Origin: an uncultured Saprospiraceae bacterium
GTDB lineage: Bacteria; Bacteroidota; Bacteroidia; Chitinophagales; Saprospiraceae
Reading direction: 5' to 3'
Assembly (NCBI GenBank): GCA_964402245.1
Contig: CAYOBX010000001.1
Location: 1-51,001 of the forward strand
DNA: 51,001 bases
The notes under the pieces were generated by a model, which worked only from the letters and a program-made list of their open reading frames with translations, did not search any database and was not told the DNA's origin. Both the position numbers and the translations under genes were made by a program. Below are positions 18,315 to 27,925 of this stretch, piece by piece; the first letter of the stretch is position 1, and every line of letters begins with the position of its first letter.

Positions 18315-18327
18315 GAAAATTTGCATC

Positions 18328-18368
18328 AAAAAAAGTCACTTTAATTAATGGTTCATTAATTAAAGTGA
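18328..18368 (-). terminator. Strong hairpin plus T7 on the minus strand, with no upstream minus-strand ORF
   Basis: 15-bp perfect arms TCACTTTAATTAATG / CATTAATTAAAGTGA with a 3-nt loop. The A7 on the plus strand is a T7 on the minus strand. Confidence 0.5.
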
Positions 18369-18506
18369 GTGGCTTAATAATCTGATAATCAAAGAATTAA
18401 TTTTTAGACTAGACTTCTTTTTGCTTTTTGACTTTAATAAACGTTGATTAATCACAATTATTAAAGCATTTTTCACTATTTTTAGGATTCTAAAAAACAC
18501 CGTGTT

Positions 18507-19091
18507 ATGAAGAAAAAAAGAAGCACCAAACCGCTAAAATGGAAGGAAGCCAAAAAAGCATTACTATTTTTGGAATCGGAAGAAAAGTACCACTACCTTC
18601 TTATCATTGCCGTTGGTTTTTATACTGGCTATCGCATTGGCGATATGTTGGAACTCAAATATGAAGATTTTGAAGGCGATGCCCTAAACATCACCGAACG
18701 CAAAACTTCCAAGCAGCGCCCCGTTCCCGTAATTGGAGATTTACGGCGCATCGTTACCTTGTGCCAGGAGCAATTCAACCGCAAGCCAGAACATTACCTT
18801 TTTATCCGTACCCGTTTCTTTACCAATCAGCCCATTACCACAGCCGCAGCTATCACCCGTATTCGGAAAGCTTTGCAATTTGCAGGAGTGAAAGGCAAAC
18901 ATTTAACGGCTCATACCTTACGAAAGACCTTTGCCCTTCGTTATTATGAATTGGCACGAGAAACAGAGGGTGATTACCGTGCTTTGAATGAACTTTCCAA
19001 ACAATTGAATCACGCTAGTACGGAAGTGACTCGTCGCTATATCGGTCTAGAGGAACAAATCGTGCAAAATATCTTTGATAATTTTGCCTGA
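18507..19091 (+). CDS. Short tyrosine recombinase (194 aa, catalytic domain only)
   Basis: GYRIGDML (Arg), HTLRKTFA (His-x-x-Arg) and TRRYIG (Tyr). No N-terminal core-binding domain. Confidence 0.75.
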   Translation: MKKKRSTKPLKWKEAKKALLFLESEEKYHYLLIIAVGFYTGYRIGDMLELKYEDFEGDALNITERKTSKQRPVPVIGDLRRIVTLCQEQFNRKPEHYLFIRTRFFTNQPITTAAAITRIRKALQFAGVKGKHLTAHTLRKTFALRYYELARETEGDYRALNELSKQLNHASTEVTRRYIGLEEQIVQNIFDNFA

Positions 19092-19149
19092 CCCAAAAGG
19101 CTCATTTTGTGACACTATTAGCCCAAAAGTGTCTAATTGATACAAATTT

Positions 19150-19193
19150 AAGCAAAATTAGACGTTAATATATTGTTTAAACGTATTTTGCTT
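19150..19193. terminator. Hairpin between the convergent recombinase and immunity genes
   Basis: AAGCAAAATtagACGTT / AACGTATTTTGCTT stem with a 3-nt bulge. No clear T-run. Confidence 0.4.
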
Positions 19194-19280
19194 GAAATAT
19201 TCCTTGTCAGTTGTACAGAAGATTTTATTTACATTAATCAGCAATACGTACACGAGGTTATTTTTTACTGTATTTTGAAC

Positions 19281-19727
19281 TTAAGCTTGATGAACTTCAG
19301 AAATAGACGCTTCTTCATAATCTAGTACATCGTTCTCATACTCTTTTTTTACATAAGATTCTATTTTATCATAAGGAAGGCTACTTGGTATATCTACTGC
19401 AATTAACTGGTCTTTTCTACTGATTTCTGAATCACAACCAAGATTCTTTATAGCTTCATTTACTTTGTCAATATCATCTTCTTCAAAAACATAAATTCTT
19501 ATGGTACTATTACCTGATGGCTTAATGAGGTGATTTACCTCGTACATTCCATCAATTAGTTCCGCACTAACAATATCACCATAGGCATATTTTTTTACAT
19601 AAAAAGGAATATTATCTAATTGAAAACCGTCTTTATGTGGAGTTGCCCAACAACTCTCAACCATATATTTGTTTTCTTCTGTATTAAAAAATCTAAATAA
19701 TATCTTTATGTGTTTTGAATTCTTCAT
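19281..19727 (-). CDS. DUF4265-type polymorphic-toxin immunity protein (148 aa)
   Basis: ESCWATP...LDNIPFY...GDIVSA...PSGNSTIRIY pattern. Lies immediately downstream of the RHS toxin gene. Confidence 0.7.
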   Translation of the reverse strand: MKNSKHIKILFRFFNTEENKYMVESCWATPHKDGFQLDNIPFYVKKYAYGDIVSAELIDGMYEVNHLIKPSGNSTIRIYVFEEDDIDKVNEAIKNLGCDSEISRKDQLIAVDIPSSLPYDKIESYVKKEYENDVLDYEEASISEVHQA

Positions 19728-19829
19728 TTTATTATCTTTAATATTGAACCCACCTAAATAATGCAGTTAGGTTAAAAATTAACATAATTCAAATTTCGTG
19801 CAATAATGTTGTTTATATTTTTTGAATTG

Positions 19830-22800
19830 CTAATTATTGTAATAATCTTCTGGTAGCTTATCGCTTTTTTTCCGATTACAGTCTCTGCAAAGAATCTGTC
19901 GGTTATCAGAAGTTGTATTCCCCCCATGTTTTTTAGGGTAAATATGGTCATATTGAGCTTCATTACCAGGTGGTTTAACACCTTTTTGTGATTTCTTAGC
20001 ATCAACTAATTGTACATCACAATCGGCACATCTAAATTCTCCATCATTGTTCTTTATATTTTCTTGCTTGGCTTCACTTTTCTGCTTCTTTGTAAAACTC
20101 TTTCCTTCTTTAGGGCCTCCTTTTGACCCTGTTTTCATATTTACAATTGCATTATTGCCAGTAAGATTATTAAAGGCAGTAGTCGCAACACCAGCACTTG
20201 CAGCCGCTCCTGTACCAAGTGCAACTGCTGCACCCGCCCCAACTGGTCCGGTAACAGGGGTTGTTAAACTTGAGCCAGTAGCTGCAACTGTTCCCAAAAT
20301 CGTTCCCGCAGTTCCAGCAACTAAAGAAAGGACATCCCCTGTTTGTTGCCCTATTGCAGCTGCTTGAGCATATTTGCCAAAATCATTGGGGTTTCCTCTA
20401 GTACCAGGGAAATTACCCGTTAAGTTAGAGCTTATAGAATTAGCTACACCTGCTACAAATACAGCACTATTAATTAACGCCTCCTTACAAACTTCACAAT
20501 CACCATTTGGGTCATTGAATAAGACGGGATTATTCATCCCAAATTTGTATGGAGTCCAACCTGTAAACAATCCTGCTTCGGGGTCTACTTGCAACCAGCG
20601 AGCTGTTGTTGGATTGTAAGTTCGATATTTTGCAAAGTCTAAACCAAATCCAAAATCGGCATTTCTCTCAAAACCATTGAACAAATAATCGTAAGTGGGA
20701 TTAACTCTTAATCCTGATCCACGCTGTCTTAATCCATAAGGATAGTAGGATGATGTTTCAGATATTTCAGTATTATCAATTGTTCCATCTGTATTTTTAT
20801 CTGAGAATAGAACACGCTGATTCTTTAAATGATCTTTGATCGCATATTCGTAATATGGGGAAGAATTACCAAAAAATAAACGTCCTACATCAAAATAAAG
20901 TGCCTCTAACGTATCATTACTATATTCAATATCGTCAAAATAGTCTTGAGTTAGCAGAATAGTATCTACTAACTGGTTAAGCATATTTTGTTGCTTACCT
21001 GTTGTCTGTTTTTGTAATTTTTTACCTTCTCCATCATATAACCAATCAATCTTACTCCCATTGGCAAAGCTTACTTGATAGGGCAAGTTATGATAATTGT
21101 ATGATATTTGGATGCCTTTATTGGGGTCAATTGTTTGATTACCGTTGTTATCATAATCGTAATCGGCACTACTGCGTTGTACAAAACCATCGGTTTCAAA
21201 TCCACCTTGAGGGCAATTAGCTATTTTGGCAGTAAAAATAGCTCCTGACTTGGCATGAAATCCTGGTTTTAGAACGATGCTATCCCCAGCTTGATAGGTA
21301 ATCGCAGCATTAGCATTGACGACATTATTAGCTTCTAGCATTTCCTCGACAGCATGTAGCTGCGTATTATCCAAAGGATTATCTACTAATTTACTGGTTG
21401 GGCAGGGGGCAGTATCTGCTATCGCCTTCAGTCGATTAGTACCAGTAACATAACTATAACTTAAATTGTCTATTTGTTGAGTCTGTAAATTAGAACTATT
21501 TCCGTATAAGCCCCTTCTGGTCAAACTGTTAATATTCCCTCTTAAATCATAGCTATAAGTTGTCCCATAAGCATTATTATGGAGGTTATAATTAGCAGCG
21601 GTGAGGCGGTTTAAGAAATCATATTGGTAGTCATAGATTTGTGACTGTCCGTCTTTGAATTCCCATGTTAGGCTAGCGATATTGCCCTCATATTGTGGCG
21701 TAATGCCTTGGTCATAGGCTATTTGCAAAGAAAACAGGTCATCTGCTGCCATCGTTTCATTAATACCTTTAAGGAAACGATTTTCTAAGTAAGTGTAGTT
21801 ACATTCCTGTAAAAAACCGTTCGTTGTACCGCTTAAAAACTCCTTTAATAGTAAATCCTTATGATCATAGGCTTTTCGGCATAAATGCTGAGATGTACCA
21901 TTCTGTAGGTTGTGGTGAGTATCAATAGGTCTGCCTTGATGGTCATAGGATTGGGTAATGGTATCTCTTTGGCTATTAAAGGCACTAATATGATAACGCC
22001 GTCTGGTTTTGACCACGTTATCCAAGTAGTCATAATTCATGAAACGTTGCAATAAGCCATTTCGATGATTATTCCCCGAATCAGTAATCATTCTGCCAAA
22101 ATCATCATAAAAATAGAAACGTTCTATGAAGGTATTGCTTACTTGATTGCCATTTAAAACGTAGTTGTTAAGCGCTGTTAATCGCCCGATGTCTATTGAT
22201 GGGTTGGTAAACCCTGTGAGAGAGTTGTTTGGTCTTAAACCATCATAGTAATTTTCCGTCCAAACCTCGTTAACAGTCGTTGGCGTTGTATTTAGTCCTG
22301 TTTTTGTAACCCTTCCATATACATCATATTGGGTTATCATCCATTTTCCGTCAGTCCGTAAATTGCCATCTTGAAAGGCGATAGGTATATTTCTTGGCTC
22401 ATAGACCAAGGTTGTTTTTTCCTTGTCGGGTATTTTGATTTCTAGCTTATTATCTTCCCCAGAGTAGAGGGTCGTAAAAATCAAGTTAGCATCCGTAGCA
22501 CTTGCCGCAGGAGGGATAATGATGGTTTCTCGCTCTTTTTTATCATAAATAGTGTAGGTACTGGTCTGACTACTACCCGACTGGTTCTGTTGTCTAAGTA
22601 AGATAGGTTTTCCTCGTTTATCAGATAGTATAGTGCTTCTATCGCCCGTCTGTGTACTACTTCCATCTGGCTCAATCGTAGTGATGGTATTGAGTTCTCC
22701 GATGGCGTAAGTAATAGAAGTGCCAGGAACAGTAATTGCCGTTTGATTACTCCCATACAACGTATGCGTGGTATACCAGTCAGGCGGTGTAACTGCTACG

Positions 22801-25800
22801 GGGCGATTAAGTGGAGAAACTTCATATTGCGTAACAGTAAAAGCAGTTCCATTAGGTACGGTTCTAAACGAACCGTTACTTAAAAGGCTTTCAAAAGGCT
22901 CATAAGCCATTGCTACCCTACTTTGATTATCATAACTGACGGCGGTAATAATATCTTTGGGGTCAGCCGCATCGGGTGAATGTTTGATTTGATTGGTCTG
23001 CAACAGCCGTCCCAATCCTCCTAAATACTGTCTAGTTTCGATGGCTTGCAGCGCACTTAGATTCAACCCATCAGGTTGAAAAGTGACTTTTTGATTAATG
23101 AAATTATGCGTATTTGTCCCATCTTGGTATTGGTAGCTGATGTCTGTAAGTACGTTGCCATCCCGCTCATTAATCTGGATTAACCGCATCAAGGGATCAA
23201 AGTCAAAATCTGTGTCCTGTGCATCTATATCAATGGTTTCACTTGCGATCCTTGTTCCCGTAAAATAGTTTGCCACCCATTGAAAATTCTCAAAAGTTCG
23301 AGTTTTAATCTGCTTATTGATGGCATCGTAGGTATAAAATTCTGTTTCCCATCCTTTACTTGTCGAATTGGCAGGTCTGCCTACTGCCATATTATAAGCC
23401 CCGTGATGTTCTAGCGTATCCCATCCACTATTTGGACCTGTTACTTGTAGATTGCCACCAGCATCCCAAGTCATTTCATAATCTTCAAAAAGATAAGGGT
23501 AAATCGGGTCTAAACCACTACCGCCTCGCAGTCCAAAATTATCAAAGAAATCACAGTTGAGCCGTTGCCCCTTTGTTTGCAAGGCTGTTCCATTTTCTTC
23601 TACTTTATGAATCGTTTCAATAGGGGTCGCAATTTGATTACGAGCTACCATTGAATCATAAACCGTCTGGGTAAAATCAAAGGGGTAACGATGTTCGGTG
23701 ATAAATTTTAAATCATCCGAATTGGTCATGCTTACACCAACAGGTGCTAAGTGACGGTTAAGATTGTCATATTCATACACCATCTGTGTACTCACCCCAT
23801 CCCGAAAACTGGTCACGACTGATTTTTGAAACTGATTAGGAGAGATATTTTGATAGGTGCGATGAAAATACCAAGTTTGCTGTCCACAAACAATGGGAGG
23901 AGCTGTCTTAATAATAAGATTCGGTGAATTAGTGCTAATAATCGTTCTAGGCGTTACTGCCGACTGATTCACCAGCGTCGCTTGATTAGCTTCTACCTTA
24001 AATGCACTTGTTCTATCCGACTTTCCTTTATACACATTGAGTTGTGCAGGTGGTCGAGGAAACTGATTAACAAAATTAAAAATGGGGTCAAAGCTACCAA
24101 AGAAGGTATAGGTATTATAGCCATTATCCGACTCACTATTGCCTAGTATCTCTCTAACGTTTTGGTATCCTAACGAAATTCCGTCATAGCCCCCTAGCGG
24201 AACGATGCTATTATCGGTAAAATAAGCGGCTTCAACCGCCCCCTCCACCAATCCACCTGCAGTAATAGATTGTCCATCAACAAAATAAGCATATCGGGGA
24301 ATTTGGTATAAAATTCCACTTGATTCATTCGGTAGATTCTCGTTTTTATACTCAAAAGTTTTGATAACATCAGGATTGAGATTCTGTCCATCCTTAGCCG
24401 TTATTTTTCGGATGCGGAGTCCACCAGCAGGACGAGTGGCAAAAAACTCATCTTGAATGGTAAAGAGGGCAAACCGAGCCTGTCCATTATTGCTACTGAC
24501 CTCAAAGATATAAGGTACATTGAGGCTTAACGCTCCCAAGTTTGTTAAAGGAACGTCATCTCTTATTTCAAATTGTTGGCTGCTATTGAGATTAAAACTA
24601 TAAAAGCCTCTTTGAATGGGGTTATTCGGGTCGGTGACTTCTAAGGCTCGAATATTTAAAGTGGGTAAGGGCAAATTACAATCAATGCTACCGTCCCCTG
24701 CATCATCTACTATTTTGGTCAAAACAGCGGTGAAATACGCTCGGTCTATTTCTCCTTGGGAAGTAAAAGTGTAAGGCGTGATAGTGGTTTCATCATGCGC
24801 TCCACAGCATTGTAATTCTAACGGATTGGGACAGCTTCTAATTTCTGGTACTAAGGTAGTTTCCTCTCCTTGAATTTGTCCGTAATAATCATTGAGTTCG
24901 TATTCAAATTCAACGCTTCCCCCCAATGGGTTATTGATTTTTGTTAAAATGCCATATTGGGTATGGGTTAAACTAGGATTCCGATTTGCTTGTCCTTCGA
25001 TTAAGATTCTCCCGTTGGGAAGGGTCAATCTGGTATCTTCGGGTAGGTTAATGGGTAAATTATTATTGGTGAATTGCCCATTGAAGAATCCCCATTCATC
25101 GGTTGCCTTATCTAGCCTTTGAGGCAAATAAGGTGACCCATCAGTATTCAGAGGTCCATCATATTCAAAACTGTAAGGAGGGATTTCAATATAAGTACCT
25201 GTGCAGGAAACTTCTTGTACTGATAAGAGCCGAAGTCGCTTCGATTCGGAGCGCTGATTGACGGGAAAAGCGGGGTCTTTGAAATAATCGTAGGCAAAGC
25301 GAAAGCGTTTACAGAATTTGGTGCCGCTACTAATCGAAAGGGAATCCAAACGGTAGGAAGTGCCATTGACATCTTCTCTAGCTGTGTTGGCAGCAAAAGT
25401 AATTGTTTCGGTAGGGCTTGTAATGGTGGCGAGGCGCAATCCTCTGGTTACTTGGGTGGTCGTAAAAAAATGATTGGCATCATAAGAAGAGCCCACACAG
25501 CTTTGACTTGCAGACCACCCACTATACCCCACACCGCCACAACCTGTATAATTAATCTGGCAAGAGGAAGGAGTTACGTAGCTGTAATTTTCTGTTTGAT
25601 AATCTAAGGTGATATTATCGATGCCATCATAAGACTGAATGCGCAGCAAGTACCAAGAAGAAATCCGCTCCATGTCTCCTTGATTAATGGTTCTTTCTTG
25701 GGCAACTCGATTATCGGTCGGGTCTTGGCCAAAAAAGTATTTGGTGCCATCTTTGTCGATAATGGTAAAACCTAAAAATGGTCCATTATTTTCGGTGGAT

Positions 25801-26348
25801 TCAACTAGCTTTAAATCCTGCTTAGGCACAAACTCAACCATACCAGGTCCATCTCCTGTAAAATAAAAGCGTCCAGAGGTGCCATTGGGAAGGGAAAAAC
25901 TAAAGAGATCTGGTTCTTCATCACGAGAATTGATAATCGCTTCAAGTTGATTGTCTTCAAGAAACTGTCCATTGCGATAATAGCCTAGGGCATCATCATC
26001 GGCACGATCGAGGATGGTACGAGTAATCATTCCCCCTGCACTTAGATCCCAATTCCCCGTCCACGAACTCAAAGTGGCCAGTTTGATACCTGCCGAGTGA
26101 TAGCTCAACGAAATGGGTAAACTGACTTTGCCGTCTGATACCGTATATAACGGAATAGTATTGTTTGAAATGCCTGTAAAATAAGAAACGGGTACATCCA
26201 CATATTTGCCAAAAGAAGTAGCAGAGGGCGTAGGCATGACTACATCTCCTACATGGCTATTGGTTGGTTGTGACCATCCATTTTGTGTATGAATTAGGAG
26301 GCTTAATCCTAAAAAAAGGAAACGATTTACAAGAGAGAGCTGATTCAT
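19830..26348 (-). CDS. RHS/YD-repeat polymorphic toxin with a C-terminal HNH nuclease domain (2172 aa)
   Basis: Signal peptide, many YD-type repeats, and RHS core ending ...RYYNP-like TYNPTTARWLQVDPE...NDPNGD. The 222-aa tail carries CADC..YDH..N..CRDCN (HNH with two CxxC pairs). Confidence 0.9.
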   Translation of the reverse strand: MNQLSLVNRFLFLGLSLLIHTQNGWSQPTNSHVGDVVMPTPSATSFGKYVDVPVSYFTGISNNTIPLYTVSDGKVSLPISLSYHSAGIKLATLSSWTGNWDLSAGGMITRTILDRADDDALGYYRNGQFLEDNQLEAIINSRDEEPDLFSFSLPNGTSGRFYFTGDGPGMVEFVPKQDLKLVESTENNGPFLGFTIIDKDGTKYFFGQDPTDNRVAQERTINQGDMERISSWYLLRIQSYDGIDNITLDYQTENYSYVTPSSCQINYTGCGGVGYSGWSASQSCVGSSYDANHFFTTTQVTRGLRLATITSPTETITFAANTAREDVNGTSYRLDSLSISSGTKFCKRFRFAYDYFKDPAFPVNQRSESKRLRLLSVQEVSCTGTYIEIPPYSFEYDGPLNTDGSPYLPQRLDKATDEWGFFNGQFTNNNLPINLPEDTRLTLPNGRILIEGQANRNPSLTHTQYGILTKINNPLGGSVEFEYELNDYYGQIQGEETTLVPEIRSCPNPLELQCCGAHDETTITPYTFTSQGEIDRAYFTAVLTKIVDDAGDGSIDCNLPLPTLNIRALEVTDPNNPIQRGFYSFNLNSSQQFEIRDDVPLTNLGALSLNVPYIFEVSSNNGQARFALFTIQDEFFATRPAGGLRIRKITAKDGQNLNPDVIKTFEYKNENLPNESSGILYQIPRYAYFVDGQSITAGGLVEGAVEAAYFTDNSIVPLGGYDGISLGYQNVREILGNSESDNGYNTYTFFGSFDPIFNFVNQFPRPPAQLNVYKGKSDRTSAFKVEANQATLVNQSAVTPRTIISTNSPNLIIKTAPPIVCGQQTWYFHRTYQNISPNQFQKSVVTSFRDGVSTQMVYEYDNLNRHLAPVGVSMTNSDDLKFITEHRYPFDFTQTVYDSMVARNQIATPIETIHKVEENGTALQTKGQRLNCDFFDNFGLRGGSGLDPIYPYLFEDYEMTWDAGGNLQVTGPNSGWDTLEHHGAYNMAVGRPANSTSKGWETEFYTYDAINKQIKTRTFENFQWVANYFTGTRIASETIDIDAQDTDFDFDPLMRLIQINERDGNVLTDISYQYQDGTNTHNFINQKVTFQPDGLNLSALQAIETRQYLGGLGRLLQTNQIKHSPDAADPKDIITAVSYDNQSRVAMAYEPFESLLSNGSFRTVPNGTAFTVTQYEVSPLNRPVAVTPPDWYTTHTLYGSNQTAITVPGTSITYAIGELNTITTIEPDGSSTQTGDRSTILSDKRGKPILLRQQNQSGSSQTSTYTIYDKKERETIIIPPAASATDANLIFTTLYSGEDNKLEIKIPDKEKTTLVYEPRNIPIAFQDGNLRTDGKWMITQYDVYGRVTKTGLNTTPTTVNEVWTENYYDGLRPNNSLTGFTNPSIDIGRLTALNNYVLNGNQVSNTFIERFYFYDDFGRMITDSGNNHRNGLLQRFMNYDYLDNVVKTRRRYHISAFNSQRDTITQSYDHQGRPIDTHHNLQNGTSQHLCRKAYDHKDLLLKEFLSGTTNGFLQECNYTYLENRFLKGINETMAADDLFSLQIAYDQGITPQYEGNIASLTWEFKDGQSQIYDYQYDFLNRLTAANYNLHNNAYGTTYSYDLRGNINSLTRRGLYGNSSNLQTQQIDNLSYSYVTGTNRLKAIADTAPCPTSKLVDNPLDNTQLHAVEEMLEANNVVNANAAITYQAGDSIVLKPGFHAKSGAIFTAKIANCPQGGFETDGFVQRSSADYDYDNNGNQTIDPNKGIQISYNYHNLPYQVSFANGSKIDWLYDGEGKKLQKQTTGKQQNMLNQLVDTILLTQDYFDDIEYSNDTLEALYFDVGRLFFGNSSPYYEYAIKDHLKNQRVLFSDKNTDGTIDNTEISETSSYYPYGLRQRGSGLRVNPTYDYLFNGFERNADFGFGLDFAKYRTYNPTTARWLQVDPEAGLFTGWTPYKFGMNNPVLFNDPNGDCEVCKEALINSAVFVAGVANSISSNLTGNFPGTRGNPNDFGKYAQAAAIGQQTGDVLSLVAGTAGTILGTVAATGSSLTTPVTGPVGAGAAVALGTGAAASAGVATTAFNNLTGNNAIVNMKTGSKGGPKEGKSFTKKQKSEAKQENIKNNDGEFRCADCDVQLVDAKKSQKGVKPPGNEAQYDHIYPKKHGGNTTSDNRQILCRDCNRKKSDKLPEDYYNN

Positions 26349-26382
26349 AGCTTCTTTGTTTTAATGGTTATTTTGATGTTCA

Positions 26383-27720
26383 TTATTTTGATAACGTAAA
26401 ACGTTGGGTCTGTTTTTCAGATAGATTAATGGCGGTGATAAAGTAGATGCCCGCAGGGTAATGACTGCAATCTACCCGTAGCAAAGTTCCATTTCCATTT
26501 ACCCTAAAATTCTGCAAAAGCTGACCGTTTGCATTAAACAGTTGAAAAGATTGCCACTCACTATCCGAAGGATAGCTAATGCTAATCTGATTGGTCGCAG
26601 GATTGGGGCTAATCTGAAAGGATGTGGTTGTTTTTTGAGTAGTCACTATCGGTTGATTTCTAGCAAGAGCTTCGGTTTCTAATAAAGATTGACCACATAA
26701 ACTTTTGGCATCTTTTAAGCTACCTCTAGGACCACCTTCACTTAGCATGGCGGTAATGCGGAGCATTTGACCGAGGGTAAAACTATACATGAAATTATCG
26801 TCGGTAGCATCCATATAATTCATGCTATATTCTACTCGTCCGTCACATAGACTGATATGGCGGTATTCGGCATTAGCGCCATAGTTGGGCGCATTATGCA
26901 CAGGCGTATCAAAAATTCGGTCGTCAGCGCATGGTTTACTATCATTCCAAAGTTCCAGTAGTCCGAGATAAGAGCCTGTAAGATGGACGAGTGACTTCAT
27001 TTGCGCATATTGACGAAACTTGTCCCCCGAAGGTTCAACTAGTTGTCGATTAATGACAATGCCATCCGATTTTTTAGGACTCCAAGGCATCTGGGCATAA
27101 CCCGCTTCGGTATCGGGTAAATCGACTATCCAAATATTGAGATAATTTTCGGGTTGATAGGCGGTAAAATCAAAGCCTTCGACTGCATTATTTCCCAAAG
27201 CAGTTGTCACTAAATCATCAACTGACCATTCTTCAATGCCGACTGGTATATAATTATAGCCCAGAGAACCATTCTCCATCAAATCTACATCCGCTAAGCA
27301 AAATTGAATGCTACCACTAGGCGGCATTAGGCTTTCAAGGTCCAATATATCATGAGCGGGATGTTCCCATTCCGTTTTATATAGAAAAGCATCATTGAGT
27401 GCGGTTAGTTGGGCTTCAATAGCAGCTGGACTAATCGGATTATCCTTATAGACATGGTGAAAGATAATGGGAATGGTGAAGCTTGGTAACTCCCCGTTTA
27501 GTTGGTAGCTTTTTACATAACGTTCGATAGCTTGTCTGCGCTCAACGACTGTTTCATCAGCCAAGCGAAATTGTTTATCAACTGCTTGGGTGGAAAATTG
27601 GCGATAGATTCTTTGGGAAAAACTCGTTTGAGGATTCAAGGAGCAGCTAATAAACAGGAAAAGTACGAACCTTAATGGTAGATTGTGGTAGTTAAAACAG
27701 AGAGAGCTAGTTAGCTTCAT
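26383..27720 (-). CDS. M43 (cytophagalysin/pappalysin)-like protein with a degenerate zinc site and a T9SS C-terminal sorting domain (445 aa)
   Basis: HLTGSYLGLLE replaces HExxHxxGxxH, while the downstream C..D....DTP is conserved. The C-terminus ISPNPATNQISISY...GIYFITA.. is typical of a T9SS type A CTD. Confidence 0.75.
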   Translation of the reverse strand: MKLTSSLCFNYHNLPLRFVLFLFISCSLNPQTSFSQRIYRQFSTQAVDKQFRLADETVVERRQAIERYVKSYQLNGELPSFTIPIIFHHVYKDNPISPAAIEAQLTALNDAFLYKTEWEHPAHDILDLESLMPPSGSIQFCLADVDLMENGSLGYNYIPVGIEEWSVDDLVTTALGNNAVEGFDFTAYQPENYLNIWIVDLPDTEAGYAQMPWSPKKSDGIVINRQLVEPSGDKFRQYAQMKSLVHLTGSYLGLLELWNDSKPCADDRIFDTPVHNAPNYGANAEYRHISLCDGRVEYSMNYMDATDDNFMYSFTLGQMLRITAMLSEGGPRGSLKDAKSLCGQSLLETEALARNQPIVTTQKTTTSFQISPNPATNQISISYPSDSEWQSFQLFNANGQLLQNFRVNGNGTLLRVDCSHYPAGIYFITAINLSEKQTQRFTLSK

Positions 27721-27925
27721 TGGTATGGATTTTTTGTTCTACTAATGAATCATCCGTTTAAGATGATTTTGGTTTTTATATATTGTGTAACAATAATACT
27801 TCCAAGGTATGTAAATGATTTATATATACAAAAATATTTGTGTGTTTTTTGTTGAAAGAATTTTAAATTATCCTAAAAGAAGTAGAAGGGCGACACAGCG
27901 TCCTCCCTTCTAAAATAGCTATTGA

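Noticed and set aside
20047-25396. Many 60-106-aa ORFs inside or antisense to the RHS gene (for example 20047..20367, 20374..20619, 21002..21220, 22481..22756 and 25148..25396), plus the 77-aa ORF at 19772..20005
   Set aside because: They lie wholly within a 6.5-kb gene that has clear family motifs throughout. They have low-complexity or biased translations and no start-site signals, so they are shadow ORFs.
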